Shown here piece after piece: positions 56,095 to 64,000 of a DNA stretch of 64,000 nt. Below the pieces are notes generated by a model. The model did no database searches, was not told the DNA's origin, and worked only from the letters and a program-made list of their open reading frames with translations. Where the stretch lies: the IMG/VR virus record IMGVR_UViG_3300016482_000025, positions 1 through 64,000 of that record; one strand, 5' to 3'. The stretch is from a virus. Made by a program: the position numbers and the translations under genes. The stretch's first letter is position 1; each line of letters starts with the position of its first letter.

Positions 56095-57804
56095 TTATGT
56101 TTCTCTCACACTGAAATTTTTCTCTTTTTTGAAACGGATTACGTTGCTGAATTTATCAATGGTATCCGTATTGTGACTGATAATAAACGTATTTGTTCCC
56201 TTTGTCAAGTCATTAATGATCTTTAGAAAATCATTTATTCCTTGTTCATCCAATGAACCATCTAAAGTTTCATCAAAGAAAAGAAGATTTGTTACATTAC
56301 CACTTCTCATTTTCGCTACGCTACGCCATGTGAATAAGAGAGCAAGATCAATACGTTGTTTCTCACCTTCACTGAATGAGGAATAGCTAAATGCATCCCT
56401 ATGTCTAGACTTGATTGTTTCTTCAAAATTTTCATTAATCTCAAAGTTTACAAACAAATCCATGATACCAAGATATTTGTTAATCTCAGAATTGATCTTT
56501 GGAATATATTTCTTGATCATTCTTGATTTGATACCAGTATCCTTCAACAGAATGGCAACAATATCAAACACATTCTTTTCATCAATCAATTCTTGCTTCT
56601 GTGTTTCTAACTTTGAAAGGTCTTCTTGTAATTTTAAAACAACATTGTCATCTGTTTCCTGTTCTTTCTCAGCAAGTTGTTTTTCAATCTCTTGGTTATA
56701 ACGAGTTATCATTTTATTTTGTAATGTAATATCGTTATTGACGCTGGAAAGCTTTCTCTCCAATTGATTAATTTCAGCAAGCAATGCCGTTACTTCTGTG
56801 TATTTTTTATTGAATTTTTCTCTTTTCTTTTTCAATTCATCAATTGTGCCTGTAACTTCAACCAATGTCTTGTTTTTTTCTTCAACAGTTTCACATTTGA
56901 AATGAGTATCAATTGGCTGTTTGCATGTAGGACAATTATCGTTTTCCTCAAAGAAAGAGATATCTTTTTCTAACTTTGAAACGCGATCACGTAACTTTGA
57001 TTCGATATTAGTTACCTCATTAATCAATTCTTTTAGTTTCTTTTCGTCAGGAAGGTCTTTTCTCTTCTCTGCTATTTTTGTTTCAATTTCCTGTAGATCA
57101 CATTGTAAATCAGCCAACACACCTTGACATACTTCAATATTTTCTTTCAAATCCTTGATGATATCACCACGGTTCTTTTTTAACTTCTCAATGTGTTCTT
57201 GTTCAAGACGAATTTTTTCCTTGAGGATAGTAATATCTCTTTCAACATTAGACATTGTATTCTTGTTAGCTGAAATATCAGTCTTCAAAATATTATTCAT
57301 TACAGAAAACACTTCAATGTCAAGAAGGTTTTCGATAAACTCTCTACGTTTCGGTGCAGTAAGTTTCATAAATGGTGTGTAGTCTGTCTTACCAATAACA
57401 ACAATCTGCCTAAAGGTTTTTTTGTTCATCTTTAGGATTTGTGTTTCCAAAGCATTTTGATGATCCAATGCTTTACCATCTTGATCTAGTAATGAATCAT
57501 TCTTATAAATTTCAAAGATATCTGGTTTTATACCGCGACGAATTTTATATTCGTCAGAGCCAACAAAAAATTCCAATTCAACAACCATCTGTTTCTTATT
57601 AATCGAATTGATGATTTGTGCCTTATTGATATCTCTATAACATTCACCATATAATGAATAAAAGATAGCATCAATTACTGTTGACTTACCAGCACCATTT
57701 GTGCCTATGATAAGTGTTTGTGGATTGGTATCCAATTCTATTTCAGTAAATGTGTTACCACTTGATAGGAAATTCTTGTATCTGATTGTTTTAAAGACTA
57801 TCAT
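56095..57804 (-). CDS. gp46: recombination endonuclease subunit gp46 (Rad50/SbcC-like)
   Basis: Walker A GTNGAGKST; long coiled coil with CPTC zinc hook; C-terminal SFSEGEKQR signature and LLFFDE Walker B. Confidence 0.9.
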   Translation of the reverse strand: MIVFKTIRYKNFLSSGNTFTEIELDTNPQTLIIGTNGAGKSTVIDAIFYSLYGECYRDINKAQIINSINKKQMVVELEFFVGSDEYKIRRGIKPDIFEIYKNDSLLDQDGKALDHQNALETQILKMNKKTFRQIVVIGKTDYTPFMKLTAPKRREFIENLLDIEVFSVMNNILKTDISANKNTMSNVERDITILKEKIRLEQEHIEKLKKNRGDIIKDLKENIEVCQGVLADLQCDLQEIETKIAEKRKDLPDEKKLKELINEVTNIESKLRDRVSKLEKDISFFEENDNCPTCKQPIDTHFKCETVEEKNKTLVEVTGTIDELKKKREKFNKKYTEVTALLAEINQLERKLSSVNNDITLQNKMITRYNQEIEKQLAEKEQETDDNVVLKLQEDLSKLETQKQELIDEKNVFDIVAILLKDTGIKSRMIKKYIPKINSEINKYLGIMDLFVNFEINENFEETIKSRHRDAFSYSSFSEGEKQRIDLALLFTWRSVAKMRSGNVTNLLFFDETLDGSLDEQGINDFLKIINDLTKGTNTFIISHNTDTIDKFSNVIRFKKEKNFSVRET

Positions 57805-58871
57805 ATTTCTACTTTACTCGCAATATTATACAATTCAATGAGTTTGTTTTTGATTTTTTCTTTGTCAATTTTAGTGTCAATAGAATCAACGCAAGCTGAA
57901 ATCACAGTCTTTGTATCATCCTGTTCTTCTTCTGTCAATTCAACATTTTTATCAACAACAAAATCAATGGATTCATCAATGATTTGTAGATCAATAGGAT
58001 TTACTTCCTGAATTTTTTGAATTAAAGAGTCAAGAATGATTGCATTCTCGGTATTATTCACGATCAACCTAACGTATTTTTCTTGAAGATAGGAGTAATC
58101 AGTATCAAGAAGAAGGCTAGCATCTGCATTGGTGCCATCAAAATAAAGCTTATGAAAAATGCTGTTCTTGTTCTGTATGAATTCTAACTTACCACTATCC
58201 AAATCCAGAATATGAAAACCGCGTGGATCATTATAATCCGACCAAATCATTTCATATGGTGCACCAAGATATTCAATATTACCTACAGATGATTTGTGGT
58301 GAAAATGTCCTGTGAATACAGTATCAAATTTCTTGAATAAATTACTTTCCATACCATGAGTGCAGACGTTACCTTTGTGCATCTGAAACCCAACCAATTC
58401 AAGGTGTCCGAAAACATATCTTGCTGGTGATTGGTTTAGAATAGTTAGCGTGTCTGTAATGTTTTCTTTATTGATCCAAGGTAGAAATACACACGGATTA
58501 CCACCAACAACCATTTCTACTGGATTTTTATAAATTTTAATATACTGGTAATTACCATACAATTCTTCAATGGCATTTACATCATTCGTATTCTTAAATG
58601 GAATATCATGATTGCCAACAAGAATATCCAAATGAATACCACGATTCATACATGGATTGATAAAATTTTTTCTTAGCTCATTTGCAGTCTTGAATGAAAT
58701 TTGTTTGCGTTTATCAACCAAATCTCCAAGATGAATGACATGACGGATTTTATGCTTATCAAGAATAGGAAAAAAATCATTCTTCATAAAGTCATTAAAA
58801 TGATTGTAGAGCGCGGGATTGTCGCCTCGCGCTCCATAGTGTGTATCAGTAATTAAAGCAACCTTAGTCAT
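57801..58871 (-). CDS. gp47: recombination endonuclease subunit gp47 (Mre11/SbcD-like)
   Basis: Start moved to MTKVALITDTHYG; GDLVD, GNHD and GHFH phosphoesterase motifs; ATGA overlap with gp46. Confidence 0.9.
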   Translation of the reverse strand: MTKVALITDTHYGARGDNPALYNHFNDFMKNDFFPILDKHKIRHVIHLGDLVDKRKQISFKTANELRKNFINPCMNRGIHLDILVGNHDIPFKNTNDVNAIEELYGNYQYIKIYKNPVEMVVGGNPCVFLPWINKENITDTLTILNQSPARYVFGHLELVGFQMHKGNVCTHGMESNLFKKFDTVFTGHFHHKSSVGNIEYLGAPYEMIWSDYNDPRGFHILDLDSGKLEFIQNKNSIFHKLYFDGTNADASLLLDTDYSYLQEKYVRLIVNNTENAIILDSLIQKIQEVNPIDLQIIDESIDFVVDKNVELTEEEQDDTKTVISACVDSIDTKIDKEKIKNKLIELYNIASKVEI

Positions 58872-59127
58872 CGTATGAATATGCTGCTCTAATCTTTGAC
58901 TTACGGTTTGTGTCTCGCATAGCCGTTTCCACAGAATTACGATCAAACTTACGAATAGCTTCATTACATACAGAAATGATAGCTTCTAGATTGTCACGAT
59001 AATTCTTGCGAATATTCACATTCACGGTATCATCAAACATACCACGGATTTGATTTTCAATCACTGGCGGAATATTTGCCTTCACAAAAGATGTAGCCTT
59101 TGTAATCTTATCCTCATTCGTCAACAT
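58864..59127 (-). CDS. hypothetical protein
   Basis: 87-aa ORF between gp55 and gp47. Confidence 0.45.
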   Translation of the reverse strand: MLTNEDKITKATSFVKANIPPVIENQIRGMFDDTVNVNIRKNYRDNLEAIISVCNEAIRKFDRNSVETAMRDTNRKSKIRAAYSYDD

Positions 59128-59689
59128 AATCTAACTCCTGTTTCTTACGTCTCTTTATCTTACTATTCTCTTTCTTGACTGTCAACTTGGATTCGAAGTC
59201 ATCAACAAAGTTTGTTATAAAATCATTATCAATTTTCATGTTGCTGATAACAGATTCATCTTCATCCTTGAAGTCAGCAACACCCATATGAAGAATCTCA
59301 CGTTCTAGGACTTTATGCTTAATATAAAGTTGCTTTTTCTCTTTCTGAATACGACGCAGAAAGGCATACCAAATAATTTGTGTAAAGTAAGCAAACGGAT
59401 TACTATACTTTTCTTTATCAAAATTGTTTAAATACACAAGACAATTTTCAATACCGTCACCAACCATTTCTTCACGGAAAGGATAATTTGCAAAGTTATG
59501 TTTATATGATAATCGTGTGGCGATATTATAAAGACATTCACCTATGTAATCAGGAACACGCGGCTGTTGTTTACCAGCAGATTCATATTCTTTACATTTC
59601 TCTTGATAGTCACTAAGAGCCTTCAAGAAGTCTGCATTGTTTACATAGTGTTGTGTTTTTTTAGTGGATTTGTCCGGTGTATTCTTCAT
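59114..59689 (-). CDS. gp55: late-transcription sigma factor gp55
   Basis: RVPDYIGECLYNIATRLSYKHNFANY...NPFAYFTQIIWYAFLRRI matches my recollection of T4 gp55; size about 190 aa; position next to gp47. Confidence 0.8.
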   Translation of the reverse strand: MKNTPDKSTKKTQHYVNNADFLKALSDYQEKCKEYESAGKQQPRVPDYIGECLYNIATRLSYKHNFANYPFREEMVGDGIENCLVYLNNFDKEKYSNPFAYFTQIIWYAFLRRIQKEKKQLYIKHKVLEREILHMGVADFKDEDESVISNMKIDNDFITNFVDDFESKLTVKKENSKIKRRKKQELDYVDE

Positions 59690-59990
59690 CTTGTAGCAAT
59701 TCTTCCTCACTATCCATTTTAATTATAGACTGATAATAATCAAAAAAATCTTCTGTAGGTGGATTATACGATATAATGTGGTTTTTGTCAATAGGAATTT
59801 CAACCCCTTCTGTATAAGGCATCCACCTATCAAGCTGAAAAGATAGTTTGTTTTCCCTTAAAATCTTCACAACATAATAGGGATTATGAAGTATAACAAC
59901 ACCGTTCTTTTCAGTGATCTTTTCAGCAAGAATTTCTTCCCCCGTGCTAATTTTTATCAGCAATGGCTTCTCTTGAAAGCTGGATATCAT
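59661..59990 (-). CDS. hypothetical protein (UvsW.1 position)
   Basis: Small ORF immediately after uvsW; overlaps both neighbours. Confidence 0.4.
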   Translation of the reverse strand: MISSFQEKPLLIKISTGEEILAEKITEKNGVVILHNPYYVVKILRENKLSFQLDRWMPYTEGVEIPIDKNHIISYNPPTEDFFDYYQSIIKMDSEEELLQDEEYTGQIH

Positions 59991-61428
59991 AGATTTTATA
60001 AACAAACTTTTCGTCATTATAATTTTTCACTCTCTCAAAAAGATGGTTTAACGTATGATTTTTCTTTTTCTTGAAGGTAAGATCATCTGCAATGTCAAAA
60101 ACAGTAACAGAAGTCTTTTCTTCGGAACGTCTCAAACCTCTACCGATTGTTTGTAGAATTCTGATTTTTGATTTTGTTGGGCTAGCACAAATTACATTGT
60201 TTAACTTTACAATGTTAGTGCCGGTTGACATGGTTCCATAAGATGCGATGATAATAGAATTTTCGTTTTGCTCTACGATCTTTCTTATTTCATCCCTTTC
60301 TTCACCATCAACCCCACCGTGAACAAAGAAACAAGGTATTCCCGCATTCTTGATGGAATCATACAACTCTTTACCATGCTTGTCAACATACTGGTATAGA
60401 ACAAGAGTGTTACCTTTTAGTGACAGAATTAAATTCTTAATAAATTTGTTTCTATTTTCATTCCTAACAAGAAAATCCATTTCATCGTGGTAACTTTGAT
60501 TGAACATTTTCTGTCTTGAATCATCATCGTGTTTAAGAACAAGGATTTTGATATTAAGATCAGCCAATTGTTTTCTGTTTATCAATTCAGCGGTTGAAAT
60601 AATCTTTTTTGTCGGTCCTGTCAATCCTTCAATAATAAGCTTATGACACTCTATGTTATCTAGTGTTCCAGTAAAACCAAATCTGTATTTACAATCCACT
60701 AACTTTGTCATGATTTTCTTAAATGAATTGGCTTTGGCTTGGTGAGCTTCATCCACAACAACAGCCTTGAATTGCTTGAACCAAGGACGCTCTAGATTGA
60801 CAATGGACTGCCATGTAGTAATAACGATTTGCTTATCTGTAACCTTTGTCTCACCCGCAGTAATACGATGAATGGTATCTGGATCAGCACCATAATCAAT
60901 AAAGTCTTTTGCCATCTGATGGACAAGAGAAACAGTAGGAACAATAACCAAGAATTTTCTATTTGATTGACTGTTGATTGTATAAAGACGTGAAAGAAGA
61001 TAGATCGTAAATGACTTACCAGAACCGGTAGGCATCAACGTTAATGCTCTATGGTTTCTTACGCAGTTAACAAACGCTTCAATTTGATAATCACGTGGTA
61101 TTTTATTTGGCTTGATATAGTTAATAAATTTCTCTGCATCAACCACCGAAAATTCAATGGATGAAAAATCAGAAAGATATTCTATCTTAATATCACGTTC
61201 TTTACAAAACAACTTAACATAGTTTAAAAGACCAGCATATAGAAGCTTTGTATTCATGGAATAAAGAAAGATGTTTCCATTCCATCTTCTTCCACCCGGA
61301 CCTTTAGGCATAAATTTAGCCGTTGCAACTTCAAATTTAAAGAAGTCTGATAGCTCTTGCTCTACATGTGGTTCACTTGTAATACGAACATACACATCGT
61401 TTATTTTTTTAATTCTTAGAATATCCAT
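59947..61428 (-). CDS. uvsW: UvsW RNA-DNA/DNA-DNA helicase (SF2)
   Basis: PTGSGKS, VVDEAH, TGT and QTIGRGLR helicase motifs; position after uvsY. Confidence 0.85.
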   Translation of the reverse strand: MDILRIKKINDVYVRITSEPHVEQELSDFFKFEVATAKFMPKGPGGRRWNGNIFLYSMNTKLLYAGLLNYVKLFCKERDIKIEYLSDFSSIEFSVVDAEKFINYIKPNKIPRDYQIEAFVNCVRNHRALTLMPTGSGKSFTIYLLSRLYTINSQSNRKFLVIVPTVSLVHQMAKDFIDYGADPDTIHRITAGETKVTDKQIVITTWQSIVNLERPWFKQFKAVVVDEAHQAKANSFKKIMTKLVDCKYRFGFTGTLDNIECHKLIIEGLTGPTKKIISTAELINRKQLADLNIKILVLKHDDDSRQKMFNQSYHDEMDFLVRNENRNKFIKNLILSLKGNTLVLYQYVDKHGKELYDSIKNAGIPCFFVHGGVDGEERDEIRKIVEQNENSIIIASYGTMSTGTNIVKLNNVICASPTKSKIRILQTIGRGLRRSEEKTSVTVFDIADDLTFKKKKNHTLNHLFERVKNYNDEKFVYKIYDIQLSREAIADKN

Positions 61429-61880
61429 TAGATAGCACCCACTTGAAACTTTTCAAAATCAATATAGTTTTTAAGGGTGTAACTACGCATGGAAATACTT
61501 CTTAGAATTGATTCAAGCGCAGTAGTCTTTTCTTTTTGAACAGCAATCTTAGCATCCAATGTTTGTAGATCAACATCGCTATCCATGTAAACATCAATAT
61601 CATTCTTGAGAATCTTAAGGCGCATTGGCTGCCAGCCTTTTTCATCAAGAGTTTCTTTATCCAGATTTCCTAGATAATATTCCCACTTCAATTTGAATAA
61701 TGTGCGTCTATCATTCTCTAACTTTTTCAGTAACAGAGATTCATGAGACATAATTTTTAAGTATTTGTGGTGTAATTCGGGAACCTTCAAGCATTCACTT
61801 GAGATATCTGTTCTATCAATTTTAGAATCTTTTTCCCATATATTCAGTATTTCATCCAATGTCATTATCATATCACCCAT
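61428..61880 (-). CDS. uvsY: UvsY recombination mediator
   Basis: About 140-150 aa; LHHKYLKIMSHESLLLKKLENDRRTLFKLKWEYYLG parallels the T4 UvsY central helix; lies between gp3 and uvsW. Confidence 0.7.
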   Translation of the reverse strand: MGDMIMTLDEILNIWEKDSKIDRTDISSECLKVPELHHKYLKIMSHESLLLKKLENDRRTLFKLKWEYYLGNLDKETLDEKGWQPMRLKILKNDIDVYMDSDVDLQTLDAKIAVQKEKTTALESILRSISMRSYTLKNYIDFEKFQVGAI

Positions 61881-61941
61881 ATATTCTATATCACTATATG
61901 AGTTATTTAGGTATCAAATTTCACCTTTCAAAGCACAGCTT

Positions 61942-61970
61942 ATTATAACAACCCTTTAAACACCTGTCAA
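61942..61970 (-). promoter_or_regulatory. consensus sigma70 promoter upstream of uvsY
   Basis: Minus strand TTGACA, 17 nt, TATAAT, inside the 3' end of gp3. Confidence 0.6.
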
Positions 61971-62486
61971 GCGTTTAATTTGCATTTTCGCGTATTTAAA
62001 TACAACTGTGGCTTCAACGAATTCAATTTTTGAATCACGCGAATCAAACACCAAATCAGAGATAGCGTGTGGAAACATATCTGTGAATACGATTTCCATT
62101 GACGGATTACGTGAGCTACTGTATATGAGTAATGTGCCATCAGAATAAACACCCTCACCAGACATTGCAGGAGCCGCTACAAGGCGTCTGTGTTGCTCAT
62201 ATGAGTCAGGGAAGCCAATGCCATTCATCCAGTTATAAATCTCGATATAGTTTTGAAAATCTTCATCCACCTTGAATGTGATGGTGAAGTCATTATATTC
62301 TAGATGATCACCAGCGATGGGTAGTTTTTTAAATGGATTAGGTAATGGAGCGAACCCTAGTTTTCTTCCAGGCACATTCACCGATTGGACGAAAAAATTT
62401 GTGTTTGGTAACTTTTTAATACCAAATTTAAACCCCACGCGGGAAAGAAAATTCTTATTAATGGGTTGACTTAGCTTACTACTCAT
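61956..62486 (-). CDS. gp3: gp3 tail tube terminator / sheath stabiliser
   Basis: 176 aa, the same length as T4 gp3 as I recall it; tail-tube-family-like NFFVQSVNVPG...DFTITFKVDEDF; sits directly after gp23, the position I recall for gp3 in marine T4-like phages. Confidence 0.6.
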   Translation of the reverse strand: MSSKLSQPINKNFLSRVGFKFGIKKLPNTNFFVQSVNVPGRKLGFAPLPNPFKKLPIAGDHLEYNDFTITFKVDEDFQNYIEIYNWMNGIGFPDSYEQHRRLVAAPAMSGEGVYSDGTLLIYSSSRNPSMEIVFTDMFPHAISDLVFDSRDSKIEFVEATVVFKYAKMQIKRLTGV

Positions 62487-62504
62487 GATACATTCTCCAT
62501 ATCA

Positions 62505-62512
62505 GTATTTAG
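62505..62512 (-). promoter_or_regulatory. late-promoter-like motif upstream of gp3
   Basis: Minus strand CTAAATAC, with 18 nt between the motif and the ATG. Confidence 0.45.
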
Positions 62513-62523
62513 GAGTTACAAAT

Positions 62524-62551
62524 AAAAAAAGGGAGGCACGAATGCCTCCCC
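62524..62551 (-). terminator. rho-independent terminator after gp23
   Basis: Minus strand GGGAGGCA-TTCG-TGCCTCCC followed by TTTTTTT. Confidence 0.8.
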
Positions 62552-62577
62552 TAGTATAGTCGCTTTACGCGATCTTA

Positions 62578-63909
62578 TTACATTAGGTTTGAAACCAATA
62601 CTCTACGATAGAACACGTTTGAGTTTTGTTCTAGTGTAGCGTTTGAGTCAGCTTCGGTTGCACCCTTGGCGAATGGATTTGGTGCCATGCCGTAACGTGT
62701 CTTGAAGCCGATACGTGGTTGGAAGTTATCTTCACCAACCGCACGAACCATTTGTAGTGGAACGTATGGGCAGTAGAATAGACCAGCATCGAATGCGCTT
62801 GCACCCTTATATCCAACAGTCATGTAGTTACCTGATGTTGCATATGGATCAATGTAAACACGCATACGACCGTTTAGAACACCGGCAAAGGTATTGCCTG
62901 TATCGTCAACTTGTAGGTTGTTTGAATTTAGAGCGGGAGCGTAGTCTAGAACACCAGCCATTTGAAGAGCAGAAGCTACGTCAGATGAACAGATTAGAAT
63001 GTTACCCTTACCTCTACGTGTATCACGTGCGATTTGGTTAGATTCACGTTCGATCTGGAACATTAGACCCTTAAACTTTTCAACCATCCAACGTCCGTTT
63101 GAATCAACGTCAAGGTCGAATGTGCCTTGTGTTGTAACGTTTGTGTTAGCACCACGGACAGCAGTTAGGTTAACAGTTCTTACGATTTCACGGTTGATTT
63201 CAGCCATGATTTCAGTTGAAAGAATGTTGGCTAGCTCTGTTTCAGCATCTAGACCATGGATAGCCTTCAAGTCTTGTGCTAGTTCTAGAGTGTATTCAGC
63301 CTTTAGTGCACGTGCCTTAGCAGTTACAGTGACCTTTTCGATTGAGAAAGCCATTTCGTTGAAGGCAGTATTACCAGAGGCACCTAGTTGTTCTGACTTA
63401 GCAGTAGATGTTCCACCACCGAAGTTGAATGTTTCTGAGTTACCTGTTGGTGCACCAGCGTTACCAACGTTACCATTGGCTAGACCAAGGTTTGTGTTAG
63501 CAGCGCCAAAGTAAGCAGAACCAGAGAAACCAGTGTTGGCTTCGTTGTAGAAGGCTTCTGTTCCTGATTGGTTGCCATAACGTGAGCGCATTGCGAAGAT
63601 CAAGCCTGTTGGGCCTGTCATTGGCTGCACACCACAAATGTCATAAGCAATTAGGTTAGGTGCTGTTCTACGGACTAGGCTGATAAGAACGGGATCGTAG
63701 TTATCAATGTTTGAGCCGGTTTGGTTAGCAGGAACACCAGCTTCCAAAAGAGAAGTAGGAGCATAGCCGCGTGTTTCGCGAAGAGCTTTCTCTGTGTTCT
63801 CCAATAGAACGGCGGTTACACCGCGACGATGTGAGTCAGCAATCTTTGGTAGAGCTTCATGCTCTAGGATTGGCTTCCACTTGTTTAATACTTCTTCATT
63901 TAGATACAT
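62578..63909 (-). CDS. gp23: major capsid protein gp23
   Basis: LNKWKPILE, VRRTAPNLIAYDICGVQPM, LAQDLKAIHGLDAE, FQPRIGFKTRYG and FYRRVLV blocks are collinear with T4 gp23. Confidence 0.97.
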   Translation of the reverse strand: MYLNEEVLNKWKPILEHEALPKIADSHRRGVTAVLLENTEKALRETRGYAPTSLLEAGVPANQTGSNIDNYDPVLISLVRRTAPNLIAYDICGVQPMTGPTGLIFAMRSRYGNQSGTEAFYNEANTGFSGSAYFGAANTNLGLANGNVGNAGAPTGNSETFNFGGGTSTAKSEQLGASGNTAFNEMAFSIEKVTVTAKARALKAEYTLELAQDLKAIHGLDAETELANILSTEIMAEINREIVRTVNLTAVRGANTNVTTQGTFDLDVDSNGRWMVEKFKGLMFQIERESNQIARDTRRGKGNILICSSDVASALQMAGVLDYAPALNSNNLQVDDTGNTFAGVLNGRMRVYIDPYATSGNYMTVGYKGASAFDAGLFYCPYVPLQMVRAVGEDNFQPRIGFKTRYGMAPNPFAKGATEADSNATLEQNSNVFYRRVLVSNLM

Positions 63910-63937
63910 TTAACTAAATCTCCTTTAGATTTAAACT

Positions 63938-63945
63938 TATTTATA
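63938..63945 (-). promoter_or_regulatory. T4-type late promoter upstream of gp23
   Basis: Minus strand TATAAATA, with 28 nt between the motif and the ATG; AAGGAG RBS between them. Confidence 0.65.
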
Positions 63946-64000
63946 ACTTATAGTTTTTTGACTGTTCTGCTAATAGCAGTAGCGTAAACTGCCATAGGAC

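Noticed and set aside
56411-57382. Several 68-96-aa plus-strand ORFs rich in Ser, Phe and Ile
   Set aside because: They are antisense shadows of the Lys/Glu-rich coiled-coil region of gp46.
62631-63514. Plus-strand ORFs of 108 and 171 aa, and a 61-aa minus-strand alternative-frame ORF, inside the capsid gene region
   Set aside because: They lie antisense to, or in an alternative frame within, the unambiguous gp23 gene.
1-64000. Search for integrase, att sites, CRISPR arrays, rRNA or cellular housekeeping genes
   Set aside because: None were seen. All recognisable content is lytic T4-like phage, homing endonucleases and tRNA-type RNAs.

Overview
The window reads as a segment of a T4-like myovirus genome, AT-rich and with no cellular genes. 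The core genes are identified by sequence: gp23 major capsid protein, gp3, UvsY, UvsW, gp55, gp47 and gp46 lie in that order on the minus strand at 56.1-63.9 kb, the order I recall from marine cyano/pelagi-type T4-like phages. Nt 1-8.1 kb is a dense array of small minus-strand early genes. Nt 8.2-53.4 kb is a long plus-strand early region. Both are punctuated by near-consensus sigma70 promoters (TTGACA, 16-17 nt spacer, TATAAT-like). Four things stand out. (1) A tRNA island at 28.5-38.8 kb holds at least 16 tRNA genes, several with aberrant architecture. It also holds RNAs of about 88-118 nt that keep only an acceptor-type terminal helix, most with an adjacent 3' hairpin (three of them T-arm-like), and other GC-rich structured spacers. 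(2) There are eight free-standing GIY-YIG or HNH homing endonuclease genes. One splits an RNA ligase gene, three overlap tRNA genes, and several have ribosome-binding sites sequestered in hairpins that carry late-promoter-like motifs. (3) An RNA-repair toolkit is present: RnlA-type ligase, polynucleotide kinase and 3'-phosphatase as separate genes, a second split ligase, and a Pol-beta-type nucleotidyltransferase. (4) The most novel-looking locus is at 48.4-54.4 kb: four tandem Alt-like ADP-ribosyltransferase paralogs and a convergent kinase-like gene. All carry an N-terminus resembling the T4 capsid-targeting sequence. Most also carry a conserved PN(L/V)YIQHGSH peptide that recurs in an unlinked early ORF. 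I read this as a battery of capsid-packaged, injected host-takeover effectors. All calls come from reading the sequence and translations; no database search was run.
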